From the NCBI GenBank assembly GCA_002269645.1, contig NIVC01004813.1, forward strand, positions 1 through 34,435: 34,435 bases of DNA, in the 5' to 3' direction. Below, piece after piece: positions 10,917-22,830 of the stretch. Position numbers and translations under genes: made by a program. Source of the DNA: Macrostomum lignano (lineage: Eukaryota). Positions within the stretch are counted from its first letter, which is position 1. Every line of letters begins with the position of its first letter. The notes under the pieces are model-generated. The model saw only the letters and a list, made by a program, of their open reading frames with translations, was not told where the DNA came from and did no database searches.

Positions 10917-11711
10917 GGTACCGACTAATCTGCAGAAACGGATGCAGATATAGAATGGATTCACATACTAAAAATGTAGATACAGATCATGGATGTGGAT
11001 TACTATTTTGTGGAATCAATGTAGATATAAATAGCAAATGCAAAAAATCTCCAGATTTAGTTCTGTCAAAAATTGATTTCTATTCTGCTTTATATCTGGT
11101 TCTATTTAATTTTTAGATACATTTTTCTTATTTAAATTTGAATAATGATATTGATAGATAATTGTTGTCTCCATTTTCAAAAAACAAATCACAACCATAA
11201 TAAAGAAATCATCAAGAGATTTACATGTACTTTACAGAATTGGCACAGGTACATTAAGACAATAAACTAGTCAATCTAGACTTGAACTATCTGGTTGAAC
11301 TATTTAGAATATTGTGGTCTCTGGAAGTACACATGTTATATAATATACATTTTTCTATTAGGGCCTATATCTAGCAACAAAAATAACTTTAATTAATCAA
11401 ATTTCTTATTTTCTACTATCAGTAGCATATCTTGGAGCAGTTTAATTTTTGAAAACAGAGAAAAAGATTTTCCCTCATCATTTTACAATAAATTTAAATG
11501 AGAACAATTTATCTGAAAATAGGGCCTAAGTAGAAATAGAAATAAAGTATAATATAATTCCATGTTATAACAGAACTAAATCTAGAGATTTTCTGTATCT
11601 GCTATTTATATCCACATTGAGTCTGCCAAATAGTAATCTGCATCCATATCTGCATTTTAGTATATGAATTTATTCTATATCCACATCCATTTCTACAATT
11701 TAGTTTGTACC
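10917..11711. mobile_element. Decayed foldback/MITE with long inverted arms
   Basis: 10917-11065 aligns by eye at roughly 80% to the reverse complement of 11571-11711 (GGTAC...TTTAGTTCTG). Weaker similarity continues inward to ~11190 / 11440. No TSD seen. Confidence 0.7.
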
Positions 11712-13150
11712 ATAAAGTCTTATTGTATATAACTTATAAGTTATTTTCTATTTTTACTTAAAGTTAAATAGCACTGCAATGGAAATATTAATTTAAAAAA
11801 TTATAGGTATTTAACTCATATATGCCCAACTTCAAAATTTCATATAGCTTTGCAATTTACATTTTTTACAAAAAATGCAATTTATCTATGAAAGAAATTC
11901 TAAAGTCCAAATTAAAATAGCTTTAGCTTAGGCAAATAAATAGCTGGAAAACAGCCTATCTATATGTCTATATTATTAAGGCAAAATGCATATTAGTTAA
12001 TTACTTATTGTACTATTTTTATATTTTTAGGTTAGCAGTTTTGCAACTCACTTGGCTAGACTAGGCCCTAGACTACCATACTTTGGATCATGTAGTATAC
12101 TGAGGTGGGGTGGATTAAAAGAAAGATAATAAAAGAAAGATTATTTTATGGTTAGGTGATTTTAACTTTGAATTGCCACCTTTGTTATCTTGGCATTTGT
12201 AAAGCTGGAAAATTTGCAATTTTGTTGCAGAAGTTTTCTCCTTATGTACTCTGACTGCTGGGGTACTCAATTCCAGGGGGAAGGTAGTCGTAATTGTAGA
12301 CGAGAGGTCGTTTAGCAGGCACGGTTGTTCAAATGGTAGACACCAAGGCTTGACACCATAAATTCAATGTACATTGATTTGCTCAGTAGCTTACTAACAG
12401 TAGAGTAGTGCTGCCACTACCATAATTCTTATATTATGGAACATAGAGATCTCAGAGCTTTTTTGGAGTTGAGATAAATTAGTAGTTTTATGCCCCATAG
12501 GCAAATGACTCAAGATAAACTATCAGGGCTTCAATTAATAAATGAAGATAAATGTGTCAGTTATAGTTATTATTGGTTAATTATTTTTTATGATGACAGA
12601 TTAACAGAGTTATTATAAATTCATGAAGCTTAATATTGCTGAGCCGCTACTAGAGATTAATATCTAGCATGCCAGGGTGCTAGATAATGAATTAAATGAG
12701 TATCAGGGGTCTTAGACTAGTAACTCATAGACAAAAGGAAGGAAGAAAGGCATAAGGAGGAAGGAGCATAAAGAAAATTAGACACCATTTTAGAGTTAAA
12801 ATAGTCATGCAAAAAGGGGCGACACTCCAGTTGGGACACACTTTGGTTCCAAAAATGAGACAAAGCCAGGAGCCACAAATGGTGCGCAAAATGAGCAAAA
12901 ACAAACAAAACTTAATAACTAGGCAAAATAAAAATCCTACAAGAGGAGGCAACAAAGGGGCCACAATGGGGAAAAGAACAAGCCACAAAAGGGCGCAATG
13001 GGAGGGCCAACATAGGGAGCAAACCCGGGGGTGAGAGATGACAAAACATGTCATAAGGGCACCTCATAGTAGATAGAAGGGACCAAACCTAGGAGAAAAT
13101 AAAAAAGCACAGTAGTAGCCCTAACTACTATTCATACATGCATAGGGTAG

Positions 13151-13860
13151 TCAACAAAAATAAAAATAAAACAAAATAAAATTTGCCTGGGCAAGCTCAC
13201 TCCTCAAGGGTTCAAAAGTGTCTGGAGGCTTGTCCACCTTGGTGGGCTGGGTGTCCACACTGGTCTCTGGCCGCGGCATCTTTGTAGGGGTCCTTGAGTG
13301 CGCCAAGCTGCTGGCCACGTAGGCTTGCTGGAAGAGCTGCTCCAGAGCTAGCCCGCCAACAGCCACATGGTCAATGGCCAGGCCCAGTAGGCTACACACC
13401 AGGCTGGTCTGTGGGCTGGTGGTCTTGCGGAGCCAGTTGCCAACAACCTCAGCCACTATGTTGAGAGCGCACTGGGTGGCTAAGGCACTATAGTGGTGAG
13501 CCAATAGTGAGGGGAGTGGGCTTGCTGGGCCCTTGGGCAACCTGGGACTCTTGGCTTAAGTCATTAGTCCAGGCCATCAGTGGCATTGGGGGTGTGACAT
13601 GTTGGTCCGGCTCTAGCAAGTGCACTGACTCCGGCTTTGGCATAATTTGGGTGGCACTAACCATGTCAATGTATCCATCTACCCATGCAAACGGGCTGTT
13701 AGCCGGTGCCATTGGTCCGTTGATGTCAGACTCTAGGGCCTCAAGTGGCCCATTCATCAGATCTAACAGCATGGGCGCAGACGGCAATAGTGCAGCCAAG
13801 GGAAGCCATGGATCATGCTCCTGCTGACTGCTTCACTTGGAAAAAAGTCATCCATGCTGC
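13151..13860 (-). other. GC-rich, CpG-poor ORF-like remnant of unknown origin (two overlapping frames of 103 and 129 aa)
   Basis: Coding-like composition in an AT-rich background. ORFs 13488-13799 and 13151-13540 overlap as if frameshifted. I recognise no domain. Confidence 0.3.
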
Positions 13861-14375
13861 GTGTTGCTCTCAGGGTGGTTACAAATCAACAGGGTGCAAA
13901 AAAGCATGCTTTGGAAAATTACAAAAAATTTGATGCAAGTTGCAACTGATTGAGCAAGAGGTTCACAAAATTACAGAGCCAAGCATGGGGCCTATTTACT
14001 TAAATACAAAAATTAGTGAGCCAACTGCCAGTCAAATAGGACCAAATACAGAAAATGGACACCCGCGTGCATATATTCTACTGAGGGCTTGCTTGGCAGG
14101 GGTGGGTGAGTGAAATCAAGGAGCAATAAAAATGATAACCATGTGGCAGGGGGTCTGGAGTCACCTAGCCCCGAGCTAAGGTTGCATTTGATTGAAAATG
14201 GGGGCATCCAAATGGCTTACATTAAATGGGTTAGCAAAGAAAAGGGGGCATTTCGCATAAACACAGGTTTAGATAATAATAATTTAGTAAGAGGGCAGTT
14301 TGGCAGGCTCCTCCTTACTAAAGTTACAATAGCAAAATAGATAATGGGTTAGTGGCCAAAATAAGAAATATTAAG

Positions 14376-17300
14376 CATAGAATTCTAGATATTAACCTGG
14401 AAGTGAAGGCTTTTTTAGGTATACACAACTGGGCCAAGATAGAATTGCTTAATTATATTGTTCTGAATGGCCAATTTGATTTTTAAAAAATTTCTTTCAA
14501 TTGATTTTTGCATAAATTGTTCGCTTTATCAGATTTTGCAGTAATTAAAACCAAAAGTCAGTCCTATATGCATTGTAAATTAAAATATCAGTATTCACTG
14601 AAAGCATTCAATTTGCTGAATTGAGAATTATATCCCGAAACAACAGAAAATGGCATGAAAAATTCATATTGGAAAACTCACGGTTACTTGATTGTTCATT
14701 AATTAAACTTGGCTACTTTTTGACCAGACCAGCTTCTGTTGATGCAGTCAGGCAACTGGTCAAATTTTTTACAGCAGTATTGAATATCTTCCAGAACAGT
14801 GGCTGCAAAATTTGGTGCTGGAACTCACAGTGTGTTTGGAAGCATAGATTTGGAAGGCACTCCAAGACAACTGAACTTATTGCTTCAAATAGAGCAACAT
14901 GTCGATGCTAAGAATTCAAAAACTGCTGGCAGGTCTGTAACTGAGAGATGATCCCCAGGCTGCCTTGCAGGTGGAAAAAGCAAGCTCTAAAGGTTCAGTC
15001 AACCTGCCACAATTTATTTGTTGCATAAAAGTGGATGATCCATTGATTGCTGCATCTGTTGGAACAGACAATAGCAGCTCATTGCATGGATGTACCACTT
15101 TTTTGAGCAGTGATGGCTCTAACAAACCTGCCTGCGACATAGTAGACAACATTAGTGCATCTGTATCTTCAATTGGTTCACCCAGGGTCAGCTGACTGGC
15201 AATCTCTTCAGCCTCCATCGCCTGACCACGACTCTCAACGCTTGCATTGGCAGACAGGGCTTGGATGGCCAGTGGCTGGACACTGTTGAACTGCAATAAC
15301 AATACTGATTGGATAGCTTTCTCAGCATCTAGAACGTCCTTGCAAGACACATAGTAGTTTAATCCTTTGCGGTGCCAATACCACCCAAATTGTCCTTCTA
15401 GTGGATCCGATTGCAGGGCTCCAAGGAGGACATACTGAAACATCAGATTGGAAAGCAGGTACCAAGACACCTCAACCATGGCTTTGCAAAGCAGAGAGTG
15501 TGGCTTAGGGCCAGAAATGTTTTGTCACTCAGGCCTCGGCTCTTGCTTTCTTTCCACTTCCAAGTATAGTCTAGGACGTCAGACAAATATTCTAGCTTCC
15601 AATTGGTGTCCAACATAATGGGATCTCTGCTGCAATTCCTTTGAGCTTGCCGATTGTCATTGTTTTTACATTTAACACTTGCTAGAGCTGCGTGACCACC
15701 ATAACAAAAGTTGCAGTGTTGTTCCACTGCTGGCCCTGGTGTCTGGTATAGTACAGCAATGCACTAGCAGTAGACTCCAAAAATATGGCTAGTGAAATTT
15801 TGGTTTGGTCTTCTGGATACTCTTTGGATCCATGACGCTTGAGTTAAGCTTTGGTGCTAGCTTTAGTGGCTTCTTTTCCAATTCAAACAGCTCTCGGATA
15901 CTCCCAAATTTAGCTACAATGAAAGTCGCCATGGTCCCTTAGATTCAGTTGGTTGACAAAGAACTGGCTCTCCAGGATGGGAAGGTCAAGAATTTTCCTT
16001 TTTTGAAAGTTGTTATAGATGTTTTTAATTGTGTGAGTTGGATCGAATAGCAAAAATATCTTCTTATCCACATTGTAAGGATGAGTAATCCACATTTGGA
16101 GAATGCCGCCACAAAGCTTGTGGATGAAAAAAGCTCGATTAGCCAAATGGTTGTTGACTAAGATAGTGACAATGTTGAGATTGGTGCGCTGAAGCATTTC
16201 CATGATGCTCTGGTAATGCGCATGCAGAATGTCTGTTGTCAGCTTGCTTAGAGGAAAGAGCATGACAATGTCACGGAACTTGCCAGCAATCGACTTCACC
16301 ATGAAGCAGAGCATACGGCGCTGTTTTACTCTCCTGCATGCCGGCGATATTTCTAGCAGAATATTCAATTCTTCTGTTAAGATGAATTTCGTCGAAAATT
16401 CAATTTATGTTGGATTCCATGATCGGGAGATCTTGAGCTCTAAGATGAAAGTACTTTTTGTCGAAAACACTAGCAGTAACTGAAAGCGGATTGGCAATTG
16501 CTGTTAGTCACTGCACCGATAGTAGAATCAGCACCTCTTGCTCCAACAACTGATAGCATGCCATTCTTGTGGACTTGGGAATCAAAGCGAAGACAATCAA
16601 ATCAGGAGAGTACCGCAATGAAGGCTTCTTGATGTAAGACAGCTTCAGTTGTTTGATAATAAATTGAATCCATTGATGAAGCAGCTTAGAGGTGTCCTAA
16701 CACACTTCTGTCCATCTGGTTAGACAATCAATTGTGTCCTCAATTAATTTATTGTCTTCATCTCAATTGGTTGTATTCGAAGTCGTCTAAGCTTTAATTT
16801 GGGCAAGCAGATTTTGAATTTGCAAAAATAGCCGAACTTGACCATTGTCCAAAAATTGAGCCAATCTCTTCTGCTGCACCGACAGTCCTTTGATGCTTGC
16901 AGAAACGGTCAAGTCATCGCAAATTTGCAGAGAGCAGAGTATCTCAGGGACATCTTAACTGTCTACACAAACAAGAAGAAATGTAATGCTGGCTGTTTTT
17001 GCCACAACAACAAAGTCGGCAGGTATCAGGTTGCACTCAAGCTGCACTTTGATGTCGGCAAGCAAGGCAATTTCATCCTGACTGAGGAACTCCGCTGCTG
17101 CATTTTCTATTCGGTCTTGCTTGATCTGTTGCCTCCGCTCTGACATTGTTCTCTCCGTTCAACATTGGGTAGCCGTGGCTGTAGTTGTTCAGGAAGTTGA
17201 GAAAATACAGTTGGAACAGCGTCACTCTTTAGTTGACGTTTAACTAGCACTTCACTATCTCTCTTGCGCTTGTGATGAGGATTGGTGTCCTGAGACGTGA

Positions 17301-17784
17301 CGATGAAGTCATTGTCCTTGAAGTGCAAGGAGCACAATCTTGACTGTTTCGTAGGGCTGTAATTTTTTTCTCTGCGAATACGTCGCAGCCATTCTAAAAG
17401 AAGCAGTGGATTGTATAAAGGAAATTTGCAAAATGAAATTTTGCTGTCCATTTCAGGATTCTCTGTGAAGTTTTTTCGCATGTAGCCAGAATGGCAATTG
17501 ATTGCAGCACATTTGTAGCCCATGCTTACAGCCTTACAATTCTCAGAGAAAGAATCTTTCTTCAATCATAACCTTGAACAGGCGGTCTCTTATAGGGTTC
17601 ATATTTGATAGTATGAGCTGCGTCCACTGTGGGAACACTCTTTTCATGGTTCCCATGGTCCCCGTCTTTGTTAAAGTAGGCAGCATAAGAGAAAAATGCT
17701 TTCATACAGTCGGCCCAGTCCGGTACATCAAAAATTCGCGCTTAGAAAAGCCTTCCCTTCCAGGTTCATATCTAGAATTCTATG
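14376..17784 (-). mobile_element. P-element superfamily DNA transposon (THAP9-like), TIR to TIR, 3409 bp, inactive
   Basis: 39-bp TIRs matching 37/39 (14376-14414 CATAGAATTCTAGATATTAACCTGGAAGTGAAGGCTTTT and 17746-17784) enclose a THAP + P transposase pseudogene. No TSD match in the flanks. Confidence 0.88.
14700..17523 (-). pseudogene. THAP-domain P-type transposase, fragmented by frameshifts and stops
   Basis: ATG at 17523 starts a C2CH THAP domain: MGYKCAAINC...FCKFP...EW...LCSLHF...LKSDAVPTVF. Downstream motifs: IFDEIHL (D at 16391-16393), LCFMV, TILVNNHLAN, FDPTHTIKNIYNNF (DxxH), GLSDKTFLALSHT and YVLLGALQSDPLEGQFGWY. The 3' end is approximate. Confidence 0.9.
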
Positions 17785-18317
17785 CAACAAAGGCAAGGCA
17801 GAGGCTCAGGGAGCTAGGTTAGGACTCGCGGGCCTTACAAATTTTCCCAGGCTCAGCCAATACAGAACAGAGATGGGGGGAATCAATTCACCTCAAATGC
17901 CCCTGAGCTGCCCTAGACAGCAGCAGCCTGACCTCAACATGGCAGGACAAGAGTTAAAGCACATATGGTTTGCCAATTTGAGAAAATGAAAAATTACCTT
18001 CCACTTAATAACTATTAGGAGCTAATAGGTTTATAAGATAATTAACTACTTTGCTTAAATACAGCAGTAAAGAAGAGAGGCTTCCAGCACTTTGGGTGCA
18101 TGCAGAAAGTGTACCAATAATGAGGAAAATTTTGCAGATGCAAGGGAAAAACACACAAAACACAATCGCATGCCGATGAATATATATATACTTGTAGATG
18201 GTGTAGGCTTTTACCATAAAGCCTAAGGATAAATATGCTCACAAAAGTGCAGGCTTACTGTATCGCATTGGATAAATATATAAGCACAATAATAAGCAAG
18301 AGCGCCAGTATGAACAC

Positions 18318-18476
18318 TGCTTTTATCCCTAAAGCATAAGGAAATAGAAAATTAGAAAATTAAACATTGCTTTTATTCCTCAAGCATAAGGAATTGGAAA
18401 ATTAGAAAATTAAACATTGCTTTTATCCCTCAAGCATAAAGAAATGGGAAAATTAGAAAAATTAATCGTTGCTTTT
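18318..18476. repeat. 50-bp tandem repeat (~3.2 copies)
   Basis: TGCTTTTAT(C/T)CCT(C/A)AAGCATAA recurs at about 18319, 18369 and 18419; TGCTTTT again at about 18470. Confidence 0.8.
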
Positions 18477-18869
18477 GGAAATGGAAATGGAAATGGAAAA
18501 TTAGAATTTGGTTTTCAGCACATAACAGGTACAGAGAAAGCTTACAGTGGCAAAATTAAAATTAGAATGCGTTTGCAAACTTGACTACTAATAGTAATGT
18601 GCATTGTTAGTTAGCAAATAGGGGCAACATTAAATTCACTGGTAAATACCTTTAAATCTCAACTTCTATGCCAATGCCAGGCAGATCTGGGTTGCCTTCA
18701 GGCAGCACTACCAGATGGCGGAGGCTCAGCTCGAACAGCTAGCTGCCTTGCAGGTCAGGCTGAGCTGTGGTGGGCTGTTCTGGGGCAGGCTGATTGGCAG
18801 GGTCGGCTTCGCTCTCATCGCTCGACTCATAGGGTAGCATTGGCCTCTCAGTTTGGCGCAGTGGCTCCT

Positions 18870-21800
18870 GCGTTCAGTCTGCCATCATCTGCGGCACCTT
18901 TATGATGTTGTTATGGTGAACCAAAATTTCCGCTGGGCATCCTCGTCGAGCTGTAGCAGGCCTAATCCAATACACCACTTCGCCAACTTTCCTCACAACC
19001 TTGTATATGCTTTTGTATGGCCGGTGAAATTTGGGCAGCTCTCCCAACTCGAGCTTCGGGTTGGCCAGGCAGCCAAGGTTGCCAGGCTGCAATTCCACGG
19101 GCTTCAGTCAATTCTCGTAATACTCTTCTCGGCGCTGGATCTCAGCCTGCAGTTGCTGTCGTACAATCCTCTTGGTCTCGGCCAGTCTGCACTGATGCTT
19201 GGCAATGTATTCTGGGCGATCAGCCGATACGTCCAGGTGGTCTAGGGTGTTATCAATAGGATATTAATAGGGCACTCCGTAGATGACATAGTGCAGCAAG
19301 AAACCAGTAGTATGATTGACGGCTGATCTTAGGGCAGTCAAAGCAGCTGGCAACATCTTGTCCCATTGCTGATGATCTTCGAGGTGACAAGTGAGCACCT
19401 TCTTGATGTTCTAATTGCACGATTCAGCTTGTCTATTAGCCCAGGGCAAATATGGCAGCATTGTAGTCTGTTGAATGCCATATACTTCACAGAAATGTTG
19501 GAACTCATGCCATGTGAACTGTTTGCCTTGGTCCAAATGGATCCATGCTGGGATTCCGGTGATTGGGAAAACTTGTTCTTGCAGGAAAGTTATTATTGTC
19601 TTGGCGCACTGATTCTTCATGGCAAAGGCGAAGGGATATTTCGACGTAGTGTCGATGTAGATCAGTATGTACTTGTTGCCTTGGTCTGTTAGATCTCCAA
19701 TGGGGCCCAGGATGTCGATTGCGCATCGCCCATAGATTTTGCAAACCGGGAATGACTATACATGTGCCAGAATTCGTCGCCGTCCTTTGCTCTGAGTGCA
19801 AGTCTGGCAGGAAGTGACATAGTTGGACACTGCCTTGGCCAAGGCAGTTCGCCAGAACCTTTCGCACACTTTAGTGATGGTGAGGTCTCGGCCCATGTGT
19901 CCACAGTAGGGCAAACCATGCAGGTCGACGAACATGGTGGCGTGATCAGTTAAGTTCAATGTATGGCGTCTGTCAGTAGGATTAGTTGGCGCAGCTTCGG
20001 CTATGGCAGCATGGTTTGGGGTCTAGAGCTCCCTCCGCACGATCGCTACTCTGACTGGTTGCCGGGTTGTTGAGGTGCCCAAAGGTCAATCTTCATTGGT
20101 GGCTTCGGCGTCACCGTCGTCGGATCTAGATTTGTCAGCCAATGATAATGAGGTGCAGGAGCTGTCAGCATCACTGCTAAACCTCACTAGCTTGAACACC
20201 AGATGGCGAGTGGGTTGGCAGCAGTCATTGAGGAGGGCTGCGCTGTGGTTGCCATTCTTGTCGTCTCTAGGAGTAGTTGGCGGCTCCTAGTAGGGCAACA
20301 TATCGTGCTACTGAAGCTAGTAGGCAACTCCTATGAGTCCAGCAGGTGCAGCTCTGTCAGTGGCTTGCTGTTGGCTGGCAGTGTTGCTGGCAGCAAAGCC
20401 TTGCCATTGGACTCCTTCAGCTTTGTCGGAAGTTTTCGTCGCTTCTTGCAGGTCGATGGCTTCTTGCTCGGTGGAGGGCTAGGGTGGCTGCTGTCGAGGA
20501 CCTTCGGGGCCGCTGCGCCAGATATTGCAGCTGGCTGCTTACTTTAGTCCTTATTGGCTGCCTCTCATTGAGCCTCCTCTATGTATTCGGTGTCATCCTC
20601 AGGCCATCTCGAGAAACTGTCGGCATTTTGATGCTGACTCAATTTGCGATGCTGGATCTTGAACTCAAATTCGCTCAGTCTCTTTAGCTATTGTCCGAAG
20701 ATGCCTACTTGCTGAGTTCCTCTAAGGATCCAGGTCACAGCTACATGGTCAGTTTGGCAGATGAACTTCTTGGCTAGCAGGTAGAAGCTAAAGTGTCGCA
20801 TTCTATCTACAACTGCCAATAGTTCTTGTTTTGTAATTGGATATCGGGCTTCAGCTGGTTTTAGTTGCCGGGAGAAATAGCCAATTGGGCGCTCAATCCC
20901 TTCAGCTTGGCGTTGGCTCAGGCAGGCTCTGATTGGTCGCAGAAGCATCCGTGTCAAGGACGAACATTACGTTAGGATCCTCGCTGAACTGTAGATACGC
21001 GAGCACTGATGTCAAAGTCATAGCTGCTTTGAGCTGGTTGAACGCATCTTGCTGGGCTTTTCCCCATAGACAATTAAAATTGCGGATTTTCTTCTCCTTA
21101 ATTAGATTGTGGAGCGGAGCTGCAAGTTCTGCGTAGCCAGGTACAAATTTAGCATAGTAAGCACATGTGCAGACAAAACTCTTGAGTTGTTGAGCTGTTC
21201 TTGGTCTTGGCCAGGTCTGGATCGCTTTGATCTTTGCCAGATCAGTCTTGATGCCGGCTTTAGTTATTAGGTGTCCCAACTATTTGCCCAAAATAAATGG
21301 CACTTCTTGCCTTTGAACTTTAATTAGCTTCCTAAATTCGTTTGAAATTCTTCCATATGTCATAGATGGTTGGTGACTTTCTTAGAATAAACGATTATGT
21401 CATCCAGATAGGCAATTGCACTTTTATAGGCAATCCCATTGAGCACAGCATTCATGAGGCGCATGAAGCTGGCTGGAGCTGAGCTTAGTCCCATTGGCAT
21501 AACATTGTAGGCAAATTGTCCGCGATGCAGTGTAGCGAAGGCAGTCCAATCTTGATCTTCTGGATGCAGAGGAATCTAATAGTAGCCGCTATTTAAATTG
21601 AATGTACTAAACAGCTGGCTTCCTTCAAGGCTGGCAAATGCTTCTTGGATGTTAGGAATCGGATACTGGGTACGGGTACTCACATTTCTGGTTCAGACTC
21701 CAGAAATCTTGTACAATTCTCAGGCTGCCGTCCTTCTTTGGGATGATCACCAGCAGAGTTTTGTAGCTGGAGAAGCTCGGTCGAATCACGCCTTTGGCAA

Positions 21801-22830
21801 GCAGATCGTCAAGCAGTTGGTCCACCTTGGGCAGCAGATGCGGCAGAATCCTTCAGGTCAGCAGATGTACAGGATCCTTGTCCTTCAATACAATGTTGTG
21901 GGTGACCAAGTGGGTGCAACCAAGATTGTGTGGCCCCTGAGAGAAGATGTTCTTATACTTCTTTAGTAGCTCGATGACTTAAGCGCGCTGGTCACTGGAC
22001 AGGTCCTCGCCAATGTCAATCTTCTTGATCCAAGCATCAGGATCTTCATCTTGGACTTGATTGACTGAGGCTTCTAACTTTAGAAACGGAAAGAATTGTA
22101 GCTTGGGCAGTCTGATTGGTCTCGCTATTCTGACTAGGACATTCGCTTGCACTTTGATGGATGTAGTGCCTCAATTGATCATCTTAAAAGTGCCTTCTCC
22201 GTTCGCCATAGAAATTAGGGTAGGCGCGGCATCCAGGTGCTGCACATTGTCTTCGCGTTGAGCCGGTTTCAGCGGCTCAATCACAGCGGGTGTCCCTTGA
22301 TTCTCTTCTCATCCTTGGCTAACTTAATCTTGATTCAGGCTAATGATAGCAGTGGCACAGTGGTACTCTTAGCTGTGTAAATCCTGCATGTGGTAGTTTC
22401 AGTTCGCGTGTAGCGAAGTGGTGCGGCAGTGCCATCTTTAAAGAACAGCATCCCGGCTGCGAGGTCCAGTGAGGTGCTGTACTTCTCCAGGAACTCAAAG
22501 CACAGGATGTTGTCATGCGATCCTTTCGCTAGCAGAAACTTGACAGTAGGCTTGAAATTACCGATCTTTACTTTGATTGATAATTGGCCTGCCATCTGAA
22601 TAGGTTCGCCATTGTAGGTCACAATGTGCTGCAGACAAGGCTCAATTTGGCCACGCAGGGTTGGGTCTTTGGTACATAGTCAGTGCCAAGTGCTGAATCA
22701 TAGGACTTTGCACTTGGAGCTGGTGTCGAGCAGAAAAGCAAAATAACACCCTTGAATCTCACCAGTTAGAAATTGATTCCTTTGTGGGCACTTGGGTGCA
22801 GAGTTCTGTACAGGTGCGGCTGCGGTTAGA
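18870..22830 (-). mobile_element. Decayed Ty3/Gypsy LTR retrotransposon pol (PR-RT-RH-INT order); gag and LTRs not found
   Basis: Protease FLLDTSS (~22707-22735). RT ...QFAYNVMPMGLSSAPASF...YLDD (YLDD at 21399-21410). RNase H FVLDTDAS...RPIGYFSRQLKPAEARYPITKQELLAVV...TDH. Integrase H2C2 (H..LPYCGHMG...C..C), core GIPAWIHLDQGKQF...QAE, and C-terminal KFHRPYKSIYKVV. Many stops and frameshifts. Confidence 0.92.

Noticed and set aside
12300-12370. tRNA/SINE-like A box (GGCACGGTTGTTCAAATGGTAGA) and a minus-strand PBS-like TGGTGTCAAG
   Set aside because: No B box or cloverleaf. The PBS-like match is only ~8 nt and has no adjacent LTR.
14371-14376. TTAA next to the TIR plus a THAP domain suggesting Kolobok
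   Set aside because: No TTAA at the other end, and the catalytic motifs (FDE, DxxH, QSDPLE) and CA termini are P-type.
17580-17592. CGGTCTCTTA resembling part of a flatworm spliced-leader sequence as I recall it
   Set aside because: Only ~10 nt, inside the P element, with no terminal ATG|GT donor or Sm site.
20075-21966. Plus-strand ORFs of 60-120 aa over the retroelement, and antisense ORFs over the host exons
   Set aside because: Shadow ORFs of GC-rich coding sequence on the opposite strand, with no recognisable domains.
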